Assembly: GCA_025357235.1 (NCBI GenBank)
Contig: JANXPQ010000528.1
Coordinates: 1-44,806 of the forward strand
DNA: 44,806 nucleotides
Origin: Betaproteobacteria bacterium
GTDB taxonomy: Bacteria > Pseudomonadota > Gammaproteobacteria > Burkholderiales > JACQAP01
Direction: 5' to 3'
This document shows positions 1 to 9,071 of this stretch, piece after piece; the stretch's first letter is position 1; each line of letters starts with the position of its first letter. A program made the position numbers and the translations under genes. The notes below the pieces were generated by a model. It was not told where the DNA came from. It saw nothing but the letters and a program-made list of their open reading frames with translations, and searched no databases.

Positions 1-1
1 C

Positions 2-1150
2 CTCGCTGCCGAACTTGCCGAGATCGAACGGCAGGGTCTGTACCGTCGCCGCCGCCTGCTCGAATCCGCGCAAGGCGCGCACGTCCGGGTCGACGGCCGG
101 GACTATTTGTCCTTTTGCAGTAACGACTATCTTGGCCTGGCGGCGGATCCGCGCATCGCCGACGCGGCGGCCGAAGCGATACGTCGTTTCGGTCTCGGCG
201 CCGGCGCGTCGCATCTGGTGAGCGGCCATCACCGCCTCCACGAGGATCTGGAACGGGCGCTCGCGAAATTCGTCGGGCTACCGAGAGCGCTGCTGTTTTC
301 TTCCGGTTATCTGGCCAACCTTGCCGTCGTGACCGTTCTTGCCCGACGATCCAGCGACCTATTCGCGGATCGCCTGAATCATGCTTCCCTCAACGACGCG
401 ATGATATTGTCCCGGGCAAGGTGCAGGCGTTATCCGCATTGCGACCTGGTTACCCTCGAAGCCCTTCTGGCGCGCTCCGGTGCAGCAGACAAGATCGTCA
501 TTACCGACGCGGTCTTCAGCATGGACGGCGATATTGCGCCGCTATCGGATATCGCGCGCCTGTGCGAACGCTACGCAGCCTGGCTGGTCGTGGATGATGC
601 CCATGGCTTTGGCATACTGGGTGAAAGCGGCGGCGGAGCGCTGACTCGTCGTGGCCTCGATTCTGAAAACATCGCCTATGTGGGCACGCTGGGCAAGGCA
701 GCGGGGGTGTCGGGCGCGTTTGTCGCCGGCGGCGAGCAACTCATCGAAATGCTGATTCAGCGCGCGCACTCTTATATCTACACTACGGCGAGTCCGCCGC
801 CCCTGGCGGCGGCGCTGCTGAAGAGCGTCGAAATAATGCAGGCTGAAGGTTGGCGGCGGCGGCGCCTTGTCGATTTGTCGGCGCGGATATCAAGCAAGCT
901 CGATTTGCGCAGGTGGCGGTTGCTTCCTTCGCAGACCGCTATTCAGCCTTTGATCGTCGGTGAAAATTCCGAAACCATGGCGTTGAGCGGCATGTTGGCA
1001 ACGCAAGGAATCCTGGTTCCTGCCATCCGTCCGCCTACGGTGCCGAAGGGCAGTGCGCGACTGCGCATTTCCTTGTCTGCCGCGCATACCGACGCTGACG
1101 TGGATCTGTTGATTGAAACTCTGCAGCGTGCCGAGGCCTCTTTTTCATGA
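2..1150 (+). CDS. bioF: 8-amino-7-oxononanoate synthase, N-terminus cut by the window edge
   Basis: The frame is open from base 2 (LAAELAEIERQGLYRRRR...). It has the FCSNDYLGL motif and a PLP-lysine context GTLGKAAG. Its stop overlaps the bioC start (ATGA at 1147-1150). Confidence 0.9.
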   Translation, partial: LAAELAEIERQGLYRRRRLLESAQGAHVRVDGRDYLSFCSNDYLGLAADPRIADAAAEAIRRFGLGAGASHLVSGHHRLHEDLERALAKFVGLPRALLFSSGYLANLAVVTVLARRSSDLFADRLNHASLNDAMILSRARCRRYPHCDLVTLEALLARSGAADKIVITDAVFSMDGDIAPLSDIARLCERYAAWLVVDDAHGFGILGESGGGALTRRGLDSENIAYVGTLGKAAGVSGAFVAGGEQLIEMLIQRAHSYIYTTASPPPLAAALLKSVEIMQAEGWRRRRLVDLSARISSKLDLRRWRLLPSQTAIQPLIVGENSETMALSGMLATQGILVPAIRPPTVPKGSARLRISLSAAHTDADVDLLIETLQRAEASFS

Positions 1151-2013
1151 ACCACGCGTTTGCGCCGGACAAACACCAGTTGCGCCGCTCGTTCGACAAG
1201 GCTGCATCGACTTACGAGCGTGCTGCCGTATTGCAACGGGAGGTCTGCGCGCGAGCACTCGAACGTCTGGATCTTGTGAAGCTCGATCCAGGCGCCATTC
1301 TCGATGCTGGTTGCGGCACCGGTTTCGCGGCACAGGCATTGCGCAAGCGCTATCCGCAGGCGACGCTGATCGGACTGGACATCGCCCCGGCCATGTTGCA
1401 TGCGGCGCGGACGCGGATTCCCAAGTGGAAAAAATGGATCGGACTGAGCAGGGACGTATTCGTCTGCGGCGACAATGAACGGCTGCCGATCCGCTCCGGA
1501 TGCGTAGACATGTTCTGGTCCAACCTCGCCTTCCAGTGGGCGGGCGATGTGACGACGGTATTTGCCGAATGCCAGCGCGTATTGCGCCCCGGCGGCCTGC
1601 TGATGTTCACGACGTTCGGTCCGGATACGCTGAAGGAGCTGCGCAAAGCCTCCGAAGGTGACGGCAAGATCCACGTCAACCGCTTCATCGACATGCATGA
1701 TATCGGCGACATGATGATCGGTGCCGGTTTCGCAGACCCGGTAATGGATATGGAGTATCTGACCCTGACGTACGCCGACGTACGGACCTTGATGCGCGAA
1801 CTCAAGGCTATCGGTGCGCACAATGTCGCTGCGGGCCGCGAACGTGGGTTGACCGGTAAACGCGTGCTGAAGGAAATCGAGTCGCGCTACGAATCTTTCC
1901 GGCAGGATGCGCGCCTGCCCGCGACCTTCGAGGTCATTTACGGCCACGCGTGGAAGCCGTTGCCGCGGGTGGGCCCCGGCGGTCGCCCGGTCATCGACAT
2001 CAAATCGGGTTAA
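1147..2013 (+). CDS. bioC: malonyl-ACP O-methyltransferase (class I SAM methyltransferase)
   Basis: SAM motif I LDAGCGTG is present. The gene sits between bioF and bioD and shows ATGA coupling to bioF. Confidence 0.85.
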   Translation: MNHAFAPDKHQLRRSFDKAASTYERAAVLQREVCARALERLDLVKLDPGAILDAGCGTGFAAQALRKRYPQATLIGLDIAPAMLHAARTRIPKWKKWIGLSRDVFVCGDNERLPIRSGCVDMFWSNLAFQWAGDVTTVFAECQRVLRPGGLLMFTTFGPDTLKELRKASEGDGKIHVNRFIDMHDIGDMMIGAGFADPVMDMEYLTLTYADVRTLMRELKAIGAHNVAAGRERGLTGKRVLKEIESRYESFRQDARLPATFEVIYGHAWKPLPRVGPGGRPVIDIKSG

Positions 2014-2023
2014 CGGTATTGCC

Positions 2024-2725
2024 TTGACCAGTCACCAGTCACCAGTCACCAGTCCTGGCCTTTTCGTCACCGGCACCGATACCGGCGCAGGCAAGACGCT
2101 GATCGCGTCCGCCTTGTTGCGCGCATTCACCCTTTCCGGCCTGCGTGCCATTGGCATGAAACCGGTGGCGACCGGTTGTTACGTCGATGCGCACAATCGT
2201 GCAAATGAAGACATTGCCGCACTCATCGCGGCGTCAAATGTCCGCGCGCCGATCGACCTCGTCAATCCCTATTGCTTTGAGCCCGCCATCGCGCCGCACC
2301 TCGCAGCGCAACAAGCGGGCAGTTCAATTTCCCTGACGCGTATTCGCGACTGCTATCTCTCGCTGGCCAGCCTGGCTGACCGTGTGGTCGTGGAAGGTGC
2401 GGGTGGTTTGCTCGTGCCGTTGAGCCCCCGGGAGGATTGGAGCGACCTGGTGAGGCTCCTCGATCTTTCCGTGGTGTTGGTCGTCGGCATGCGCCTCGGA
2501 TGCTTGAATCATGCGCTGCTGACGGCGGAGGTCATCCGCAGCCATGGGTTGCCGTTTGCCGGCTGGGTGGCAAACCGCATCGATTCGGCCATGCCCTTCT
2601 TCGAGGATAATCTGGAAACTCTGCGGCGAAAACTGCCCGCCCCGCTGATAGGCATCATGCCTTTCGCGCCGGACGACGCGCGGGCTCGTGCCGCGATGAA
2701 TCCCGGGTTGCTCGCCGTGAGATAG
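2024..2725 (+). CDS. bioD: dethiobiotin synthetase
   Basis: P-loop FVTGTDTGAGKT lies near the N-terminus. TTG 2024 is the only canonical in-frame start downstream of the bioC stop. The alternative, ATG 1907, would overlap bioC by 107 nt. Confidence 0.85.
   Translation: MTSHQSPVTSPGLFVTGTDTGAGKTLIASALLRAFTLSGLRAIGMKPVATGCYVDAHNRANEDIAALIAASNVRAPIDLVNPYCFEPAIAPHLAAQQAGSSISLTRIRDCYLSLASLADRVVVEGAGGLLVPLSPREDWSDLVRLLDLSVVLVVGMRLGCLNHALLTAEVIRSHGLPFAGWVANRIDSAMPFFEDNLETLRRKLPAPLIGIMPFAPDDARARAAMNPGLLAVR
2027..2054 (+). repeat. four perfect tandem copies of the heptamer ACCAGTC, in codons 2-11 of bioD
   Basis: Read directly: ttg ACCAGTC ACCAGTC ACCAGTC ACCAGTC ctgg. It encodes TSHQSPVTSP. Confidence 0.95.
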
Positions 2726-2889
2726 CCTTCGCCGGGTTTGTGATGCGCGGGCGCGATTGGCCGGCCCCCCGCATTCTTGCCATGGCATGGGGGCTTGTGC
2801 GACAATTCGCCGCGCTAAAAAGCGACGGGTTTTGTGTCCTGCGGGCCTTCGCAGGGGCATGCAAAAACGGGATTCGGCATGAACTGCAA

Positions 2890-3363
2890 ATGAACGGGAA
2901 AGCGATGGAGTACGCAGCGGATTTCACGCTCGTTGCACGACGCAACAATTCCCTTTCTTCGGGCGGCAGGTTTCTCGTTCTCGGCTCCCTTGCAGTGGTA
3001 ATCCTCGCGATTTCCCTCGGGTTTGCACTCAATGGCGCTTGGCTGATTTTCCCATTCGCGGGCCTGGACATCCTGGTGGTGTATCTTGCATTTCGATATG
3101 TGGAACAGCGAGCCGGTGATTATGAATGCATCGCGTTTCACGACGACACTATCGTTATCGAGAGCCAGCGCAAGGGAAAGACCGACAGATATGAATTCAA
3201 CCGGCATTGGGTGCAGGTTACATTCATCGAAGCCCGGGGAGGCGAGCGAGGCCGGCTGTTGCTTCGGTCCCACGGCAAAGAAGTGGCGTTCGGCAATCAG
3301 CTGACCGGTGAGCAGCATGCCGCAGTGGCGCGCCGGCTGAAGGAACACCTGAAAATCCGTTAA
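2890..3363 (+). CDS. DUF2244-type two-TM membrane protein associated with cytochrome oxidase clusters
   Basis: Two hydrophobic helices (FLVLGSLAVVILAISLGFAL, WLIFPFAGLDILVVYLAF) are followed by a soluble domain. It lies directly upstream of coxB. The start is ATG 2890 or ATG 2905; the long 2740 start looks like an over-extension. Confidence 0.65.
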   Translation: MNGKAMEYAADFTLVARRNNSLSSGGRFLVLGSLAVVILAISLGFALNGAWLIFPFAGLDILVVYLAFRYVEQRAGDYECIAFHDDTIVIESQRKGKTDRYEFNRHWVQVTFIEARGGERGRLLLRSHGKEVAFGNQLTGEQHAAVARRLKEHLKIR

Positions 3364-3388
3364 TACAAGGCACTCGTTTGGGGGAAGC

Positions 3389-4483
3389 ATGATCAAGACG
3401 TTGTTTCAGAAAATTAGCGCAGGTGCGTTGACGATGCTGGTCCCGGGCCTAGTCTGGGCGCAGGACAAGGCCAAGTGGAATTTGCAGGAGCCGCACACTT
3501 CGGTCGCCCGCGAGATGTACGACCTCCACACCATTGTCCTGATCATCTGTCTGATCATCTTCGTCGGCGTGTTCGGGGCGATGTTCTATTCAGTGATCTA
3601 CCACCGCAAGTCGGTAGGCCACAAAGCCGCGCACTTTCACGAAAATACCACCGTCGAAATCCTCTGGACGGTCATCCCGTTCTTCATCCTGGTCGGCATG
3701 GCGTGGCCCGCAACAAAGAGCGTGCTGGCGATGCGCGACGCATCCTCGCCCGAAATGACCATCAAGATCACGGGTTATCAGTGGAAATGGGGATACGAGT
3801 ATCTGAAGGGCGAGGGCGACTTGTCCGGTGTCGCGGATGGTGTTCAGATATTCAGCGTTCTGGCTACGCCGCACGACCAGATCTACGGCAACGCGCCGAA
3901 AGGCGAACACTATTTGCTGGAAGTGGACAACCCGCTCGTGGTGCCGGTAGGCAAGAAAGTGCGCCTGCTGATCACCGCAGGGGACGTCCTGCACGCGTGG
4001 TATGTGCCAGCGTTCGGCGTAAAGCAGGATGCCGTCCCGGGATTTATCCGCGATACCTGGTTCAAGGTGGACACGCCCGGCACCTATCGCGGCCAGTGTG
4101 CCGAACTCTGCGGTAAAGAGCATGGTTTCATGCCTATCGTCGTGGAAGCGATGAGCGTAAAGGACTTCGCCGACTGGGCAGCGAAGCACAAGACAGCAGC
4201 AGCCCCGGCTGCCGGGACGGCCACTGTCGCCGCTGCAGGTGGCGGTGACGGTAAGGGCACATACGAGAAGGTCTGTTCGGTGTGCCACGGCACCGGCGTG
4301 GTCGGCGCGCCGAAATTCGGCGACAAGACAGCATGGGCGCCGCGTATGGCGACCGGCGCGGATGCGCTGCACAACAGCGCGTTGAAAGGCAAGAACGCAA
4401 TGCCGCCAAAGGGCGGCATGACCACCCTGCCTGACGGCGACGTGGTGGCCGCGGTGGATTACATGATGAAAGCGGCCAGATAG
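3389..4483 (+). CDS. coxB: cytochrome c oxidase subunit II with a fused C-terminal monohaem cytochrome c domain
   Basis: It has a signal peptide and two TM helices. The CuA site is HAWYVPAFG...CAELCGKEHGFMP. The C-terminal domain carries CSVCHG plus NAMPPKGG. Confidence 0.95.
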   Translation: MIKTLFQKISAGALTMLVPGLVWAQDKAKWNLQEPHTSVAREMYDLHTIVLIICLIIFVGVFGAMFYSVIYHRKSVGHKAAHFHENTTVEILWTVIPFFILVGMAWPATKSVLAMRDASSPEMTIKITGYQWKWGYEYLKGEGDLSGVADGVQIFSVLATPHDQIYGNAPKGEHYLLEVDNPLVVPVGKKVRLLITAGDVLHAWYVPAFGVKQDAVPGFIRDTWFKVDTPGTYRGQCAELCGKEHGFMPIVVEAMSVKDFADWAAKHKTAAAPAAGTATVAAAGGGDGKGTYEKVCSVCHGTGVVGAPKFGDKTAWAPRMATGADALHNSALKGKNAMPPKGGMTTLPDGDVVAAVDYMMKAAR

Positions 4484-4541
4484 CCGTCTATCGACCCGTT
4501 TTAACGCAAAGAGATTCGCAGGATATCGAGGAGAAACAGCC

Positions 4542-6131
4542 ATGAGCGCAGTCATCGACCACGATCACGACCACGCACACGGGCATGATCATCATCCCAG
4601 CGGCATCATGCGCTGGATCAAGAGCACCAATCACAAGGACATCGGTACGATGTACCTGTGGTTCAGCTTCATCATGTTCCTGACCGGCGGCGTTATGGCA
4701 ATGATCATTCGGGCCGAATTGTTCATGCCGGGCATGCAAGTGGTGAATCCGGAGCTATTCAACCAGATGACCTCGCTGCACGGGCTGATCATGATATTCG
4801 GCGCGATCATGCCGGCTTTCGTCGGCTTCGCGAACTGGCTGATCCCGATGCAGATCGGCGCACCCGACATGGCATTCCCACGCATGAACAACTGGAGCTT
4901 CTGGTTGCTCCCGCCGGGCGCGCTACTCCTGATCGGGTCGATATTCGTCCCGGGTGGTGGCAATGGCGCGGGCTGGACGATGTACCCTCCGCTCAGCGTC
5001 CAGCAAGGGATGGGAATGGACATGACGATCTTTGCGGTCCACATCCTCGGCATGTCCTCAATCATGGGCTCGATCAATATTGTCACCACCGTCCTCAATT
5101 TGCGGGCGCCGGGGATGACGTTGATGAAGATGCCGCTGTTCGTCTGGACCTGGCTGATCACGGCCTACCTGCTGATCGCGACGATGCCCGTTCTAGCCGG
5201 CGCCGTGACTATGACCCTGACAGATCGGCATTTCGGCACTCATTTCTTCAACGCCGCCGGTGGCGGCGATCCGGTTCTGTTCCAGCACATCTTCTGGTTC
5301 TTCGGTCACCCCGAGGTTTACATCATCGCGATTCCCGCCTTTGGGGTGGTATCGCAGGTGATCCCGGCGTTTTCGCGTAAACCGCTGTTCGGCTACACCT
5401 CAATGGTGTACGCGGTGGCATCGATCGCGATCCTGTCCTTCCTGGTCTGGGCGCACCATATGTACACCACTGGTCTGCCGGTGACCGGTCAGCTCTACTA
5501 CATGTACGCGACCATGCTGATCGCTGTGCCCACCGGGGTGAAGGTGTTCAACTGGGTGGCGACGATGTGGAAAGGCTCGCTGAGTTTCGAAACGCCGATG
5601 CTGTTCTCGATCGGCTTCCTGATCCTGTTCACGCTCGGTGGCTTCAGCGGCCTGGTGCTGGCGATTGTCCCGGTGGATATCCAGCTGCACGATACTTATT
5701 ACGTGGTCGCCCATTTTCACTACGTGATGGTGGCGGGCGCACTGTTCTCGGCCTTTGCCGGCATTTACTTCTGGCTGCCAAAGTGGACCGGTCACATGTA
5801 CAACGAAAAGCTGGGCAAGTTGCATTTCTGGCTTTCCTTCATTTTCTTCAACATGATCTTCTTCGTGCAGCATTTTCTCGGCCTTGCCGGCATGCCGCGC
5901 CGCATCCCGGATTACGCGCCGCAGTTCACCGATTTCAACATGATCTCGTCAATCGGCGCATTCGGTTTTGGTCTGAGCCAATTGCTCTTCCTGTACATCG
6001 TGGTGAATTGCATACGCAGCGGAGAAAAGGCGCCGCAGAAACCGTGGGAAGGGGCGGATTCGCTGGAGTGGACCCATCTGCCCACTCCCGTTCCATATCA
6101 CAGCTTCGAGACGCCGCCGACGGTGAAATGA
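4542..6131 (+). CDS. ctaD: cytochrome c oxidase subunit I
   Basis: Motifs STNHKDIGTMY, WFFGHPEVYI and WAHHMYT are present. It is a 12-TM type protein of 529 aa. Confidence 0.97.
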   Translation: MSAVIDHDHDHAHGHDHHPSGIMRWIKSTNHKDIGTMYLWFSFIMFLTGGVMAMIIRAELFMPGMQVVNPELFNQMTSLHGLIMIFGAIMPAFVGFANWLIPMQIGAPDMAFPRMNNWSFWLLPPGALLLIGSIFVPGGGNGAGWTMYPPLSVQQGMGMDMTIFAVHILGMSSIMGSINIVTTVLNLRAPGMTLMKMPLFVWTWLITAYLLIATMPVLAGAVTMTLTDRHFGTHFFNAAGGGDPVLFQHIFWFFGHPEVYIIAIPAFGVVSQVIPAFSRKPLFGYTSMVYAVASIAILSFLVWAHHMYTTGLPVTGQLYYMYATMLIAVPTGVKVFNWVATMWKGSLSFETPMLFSIGFLILFTLGGFSGLVLAIVPVDIQLHDTYYVVAHFHYVMVAGALFSAFAGIYFWLPKWTGHMYNEKLGKLHFWLSFIFFNMIFFVQHFLGLAGMPRRIPDYAPQFTDFNMISSIGAFGFGLSQLLFLYIVVNCIRSGEKAPQKPWEGADSLEWTHLPTPVPYHSFETPPTVK

Positions 6132-6163
6132 TCATCGACGGCAGGCCGGCCTGATTTTGAGTC

Positions 6164-6277
6164 ATGAATGAACAGCAGGCGAAGCGGCTGAAGGCGAAGA
6201 ATGTCAGGACGGGGCTGATTCTGTTCGCAGTTGCGCTGGCTTTTTTTGTGGGGTTTATTTGGAATCGTTGGTCATGA
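6164..6277 (+). CDS. 37-aa single-TM protein (cytochrome oxidase small assembly protein type)
   Basis: This ORF is not in the supplied track because it is under 60 aa. Read by eye: MNEQQAKRLKAKNVRTGLILFAVALAFFVGFIWNRWS. Its TGA overlaps the ctaG ATG (ATGA at 6274-6277). No strong Shine-Dalgarno sequence is visible. Confidence 0.55.
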   Translation: MNEQQAKRLKAKNVRTGLILFAVALAFFVGFIWNRWS

Positions 6278-6837
6278 GCAGGAAGGACGCGAATCGCGTC
6301 ATCCTGGTCAAGTTGCTGATTGTGACCATCGGGATGTTCGGCTTCGGTTATGCGCTGGTGCCGCTGTACAAGAAGATCTGCGAAGTCACCGGCATCAATG
6401 AAGTCGAAAAAGCGAATGCACCGCTGGCGAGCACGCAGGTGGACACCGGCCGTCTGGTGATGCTGGAGTTCGATGCCAATGTGCGCAGCGATTTGCCCTG
6501 GAAGTTCAGGCCGATGCAGGTGAGCCTGAATGTGCACCCGGGGCAGTTGGTGCAGGTCATGTACGAAGTGCGCAATGATTCGGATCGGCCGATCACCGGG
6601 CAGGCGATCCCGAGCTATGGGCCGCAGATTGCGGGGCAGTATTTCCGCAAACTGGATTGTTTCTGTTTTTCAAAGCAGAGTTTTGCACCGGGAGAAGTGC
6701 GGCAGATGCCGGTGGTGTTCGTGATCGAACCCGGACTGCCAAAGGATGTGACGACGGTTACGCTCTCGTACACCTTCTTCAATGTCGAGGGTGCGGCGCC
6801 GACCGCGGCCACACCGAAAAATGGCAAAGCGGGCTGA
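6274..6837 (+). CDS. ctaG: cytochrome c oxidase assembly protein Cox11/CtaG (CuB insertion)
   Basis: An N-terminal TM anchor and the CFCF copper-binding motif (KLDCFCFSKQSF) are present. It lies between coxA and coxC. Confidence 0.9.
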   Translation: MSRKDANRVILVKLLIVTIGMFGFGYALVPLYKKICEVTGINEVEKANAPLASTQVDTGRLVMLEFDANVRSDLPWKFRPMQVSLNVHPGQLVQVMYEVRNDSDRPITGQAIPSYGPQIAGQYFRKLDCFCFSKQSFAPGEVRQMPVVFVIEPGLPKDVTTVTLSYTFFNVEGAAPTAATPKNGKAG

Positions 6838-7045
6838 TCTGACTGAAAAGCGGGTGGAGCGAAAGTCGTCGCCGCTGCGGGTGTTTAAAACGGTGTTCTG
6901 GTCGTTTTTTGGGGTGCGCAGGCGCGCCGACAATCAGGACGATTTTGCCGGCATTACGCCGGTGCAGATAATCGTCGCGGGCGTGATCGGCGCGGTAATA
7001 TTCGTCACCACGCTGATCACCTTGGTCAGGATCATTGCAAGGTAA
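6821..7045 (+). CDS. DUF2970-type small membrane protein
   Basis: FWSFFGVRRR is followed by one TM helix (IIVAGVIGAVIFVTTLITLV). It overlaps the ctaG 3' end by 17 nt. This is the usual position for such a gene in beta/gammaproteobacterial cox clusters. Confidence 0.6.
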   Translation: MAKRADLTEKRVERKSSPLRVFKTVFWSFFGVRRRADNQDDFAGITPVQIIVAGVIGAVIFVTTLITLVRIIAR

Positions 7046-7100
7046 GTCGCCGGCTGGAATGAAGCACGGAATAATTGGGAACCTTAGGGAGAATCGATAA

Positions 7101-7952
7101 ATGCTAAGCCAATCTACACGCTACTACCTGCCGGAACCGTCGCACTGGCCAATCGTCGGTTCGTGCGCGCTGCTCCTGCTGACATTCGGCGGTGTGCTGT
7201 GGATGAACGGGATCGGAGCGGGGCCGTGGGTCGTCATTGCCGGCATGGCGGTCATGATCTACATGTTGTTCGGCTGGTTCGGCACCGTGATTCGCGAAAG
7301 CGAAAGTGGCAAGTACAACAAGCAGGTGGATCTTTCTTTCCGCTGGAGCATGAGCTGGTTCATCTTTTCCGAGGTCATGTTCTTTGCCGCATTCTTCGGC
7401 GCCCTGTTCTACATGCGGGTGATGGCGGTTCCGGGGCTCGCCAGCGGCGATACCATGGAACAGATCTGGCCGGGTTTCGTGGCTCACTGGCCGATTTCGG
7501 GCCCAGGTATCGAGGAAACCTTTACGCCGATGGGTGCGTGGGGCATTCCTGCAATCAATACCCTGATCCTGCTGACGTCCGGCGTCACGGTGACCTGGGC
7601 GCACTGGGCACTGAAGAAGAACAATCGCACACAACTGATAGCGGGACTGGTCGCCACGGTGGCACTGGGTATTCTGTTCCTGACCCTGCAGGCCTACGAA
7701 TATGTGCATGCTTATCACGAATACAACCTGACACTGGGGATGGGTGCCTACGGTGCCACTTTCTTCATGCTGACCGGATTCCACGGCTTTCATGTGACGA
7801 TCGGTACTATCATGCTGATCGTCATCCTTGGGCGCTCCATGGCCGGCCATTTCACTGCAGAACATCATTTCGCGTTCGAAGGGGTGTCCTGGTACTGGCA
7901 CTTCGTGGACGTGGTCTGGCTGCTGCTGTTCGTGCTGGTGTACTGGCTCTGA
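7101..7952 (+). CDS. coxC: cytochrome c oxidase subunit III
   Basis: It is a 7-TM protein with FFMLTGFHGFHVTIGT and WYWHFVDVVWL motifs. Confidence 0.95.
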   Translation: MLSQSTRYYLPEPSHWPIVGSCALLLLTFGGVLWMNGIGAGPWVVIAGMAVMIYMLFGWFGTVIRESESGKYNKQVDLSFRWSMSWFIFSEVMFFAAFFGALFYMRVMAVPGLASGDTMEQIWPGFVAHWPISGPGIEETFTPMGAWGIPAINTLILLTSGVTVTWAHWALKKNNRTQLIAGLVATVALGILFLTLQAYEYVHAYHEYNLTLGMGAYGATFFMLTGFHGFHVTIGTIMLIVILGRSMAGHFTAEHHFAFEGVSWYWHFVDVVWLLLFVLVYWL

Positions 7953-8020
7953 CGGCAACGAAATAAGAGCATAAGAAGAACAACAGAGGAGGACCCCCGC
8001 GAAGTCTGTGGGGAACTAGG

Positions 8021-8047
8021 GCCGCACGGATGTGCGGCTGTTTTTTT
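8021..8047 (+). terminator. intrinsic terminator after coxC
   Basis: The stem GCCGCAC-GGAT-GTGCGGC is followed by TGTTTTTTT. Confidence 0.8.
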
Positions 8048-8245
8048 CTAGAGGCCGGACTTCGGGATGATGCCGAAGTAATGACCGAGCATGAGCAGCA
8101 GAAACAGCGTGACCGAAAGGGCAACGCGCACAGTCAGGGCTTTGACGGTGCGGTCGGATTTCCCCTTGTCGCGGATCAGGTAGAACATCGCCGAACCGAG
8201 ACTCAGGAGAATGATGACAAGGAAGGCGATGACGACGATTCGCAT
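8048..8245 (-). CDS. twin-transmembrane-helix small protein (DUF2909 type)
   Basis: It encodes 65 aa, MRIVVIAFLVIILLSLGSAMFYL...VALSVTLFLLLMLGHYFG, giving two TM helices. It is divergent from SURF1. The start is taken at the internal ATG (8245), not the 8383 extension. Confidence 0.65.
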   Translation of the reverse strand: MRIVVIAFLVIILLSLGSAMFYLIRDKGKSDRTVKALTVRVALSVTLFLLLMLGHYFGIIPKSGL

Positions 8246-8303
8246 GGCGGAAGACGATGGACTAATGTGTTCCAGTGTAAAGGATAAGGCGGGACGCTTC
8301 CAG

Positions 8304-9071
8304 ATGCGACCAGATACCGGGCAGGCGAGTTCCCCGCGAAGGCGGCCGCGTTGGTTGCCGCCGCTGGCGACGGTTGTCGGCATTGCGCTGACCGCGGCGG
8401 CGGGAAACTGGCAGCTCGAGCGGGCACACGAAAAGGAACGTGCTCAGGAGGCATACGACCGCGGCGCGTCCGACGCGCCTGTTCGATTGACGGCAGCGCC
8501 CGCGCGCGCGGAGGATTTGCGCATGAGGCGGGTCGAAGTCGAAGGCGAATTCGTGCCGAAAGGCCTGGTATTGCTGGACAACAAGACGCGCAATGGAGGA
8601 GAGGCCGGCTACGAAGTCGTCATGCCGCTTAAAATCGGCGCGTCTTCAATGCACGTACTGATCAATCGTGGCTGGATTGCCGCAGGCCCCGACCGTTCCC
8701 GGCTGCCTGCCTTCAGCACCCCTGAAACCGTCGTCATGGTGACCGGGATGGCGATGGTCCCGGGGCGATTCCTCGAGCTCTCCAAAGTCGAAGAAAGCGG
8801 CCCGGTGTGGCAGAACCTGACCGTCGAGCGCTACATTGCCCGCACCGGACTTCAGGTCCAGCCGGTGGTGGTACAACAACAAAATGACCTGGACGACGGT
8901 CTGTCGCGCGCGTGGGAGCGCCCGGATTTCGGCATTGCCAGGCATTATGGGTACGCGGTGCAATGGTTTTCCATTTGCGGCCTGATTATTTTTCTTTACG
9001 CATTTTTTCATGTCAAACGTTCCCGATCGAAAAAAAACCAGGCGGATGCTCCTCCTCCTGGGAGCGATTAG
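8304..9071 (+). CDS. SURF1 family cytochrome oxidase biogenesis protein
   Basis: The N-terminal TM helix is followed by GNWQLERAHEKE. A C-terminal TM helix (YAVQWFSICGLIIFLYAFF) is also present. Start chosen at ATG 8304. Confidence 0.85.
   Translation: MRPDTGQASSPRRRPRWLPPLATVVGIALTAAAGNWQLERAHEKERAQEAYDRGASDAPVRLTAAPARAEDLRMRRVEVEGEFVPKGLVLLDNKTRNGGEAGYEVVMPLKIGASSMHVLINRGWIAAGPDRSRLPAFSTPETVVMVTGMAMVPGRFLELSKVEESGPVWQNLTVERYIARTGLQVQPVVVQQQNDLDDGLSRAWERPDFGIARHYGYAVQWFSICGLIIFLYAFFHVKRSRSKKNQADAPPPGSD

Noticed and set aside
943-1947. A 334-aa ORF antisense to bioF/bioC. Similar long antisense or shifted-frame ORFs occur at 12264-13151, 18143-19231, 21612-23111, 29314-30762, 34319-35404, 36519-37958 and 40053-41246.
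   Set aside because: Each lies opposite or out of frame to a gene with strong family motifs. The translations are Arg/Ala/Gly/Pro-rich with no recognisable domains. This is the usual shadow-ORF artefact of high-GC DNA.
7953-8020. A strong GAGGAGG Shine-Dalgarno-like sequence after coxC, suggesting a hidden small gene.
   Set aside because: The only nearby start (GTG 8007) opens a 3-codon frame before a stop. The region runs straight into the coxC terminator.
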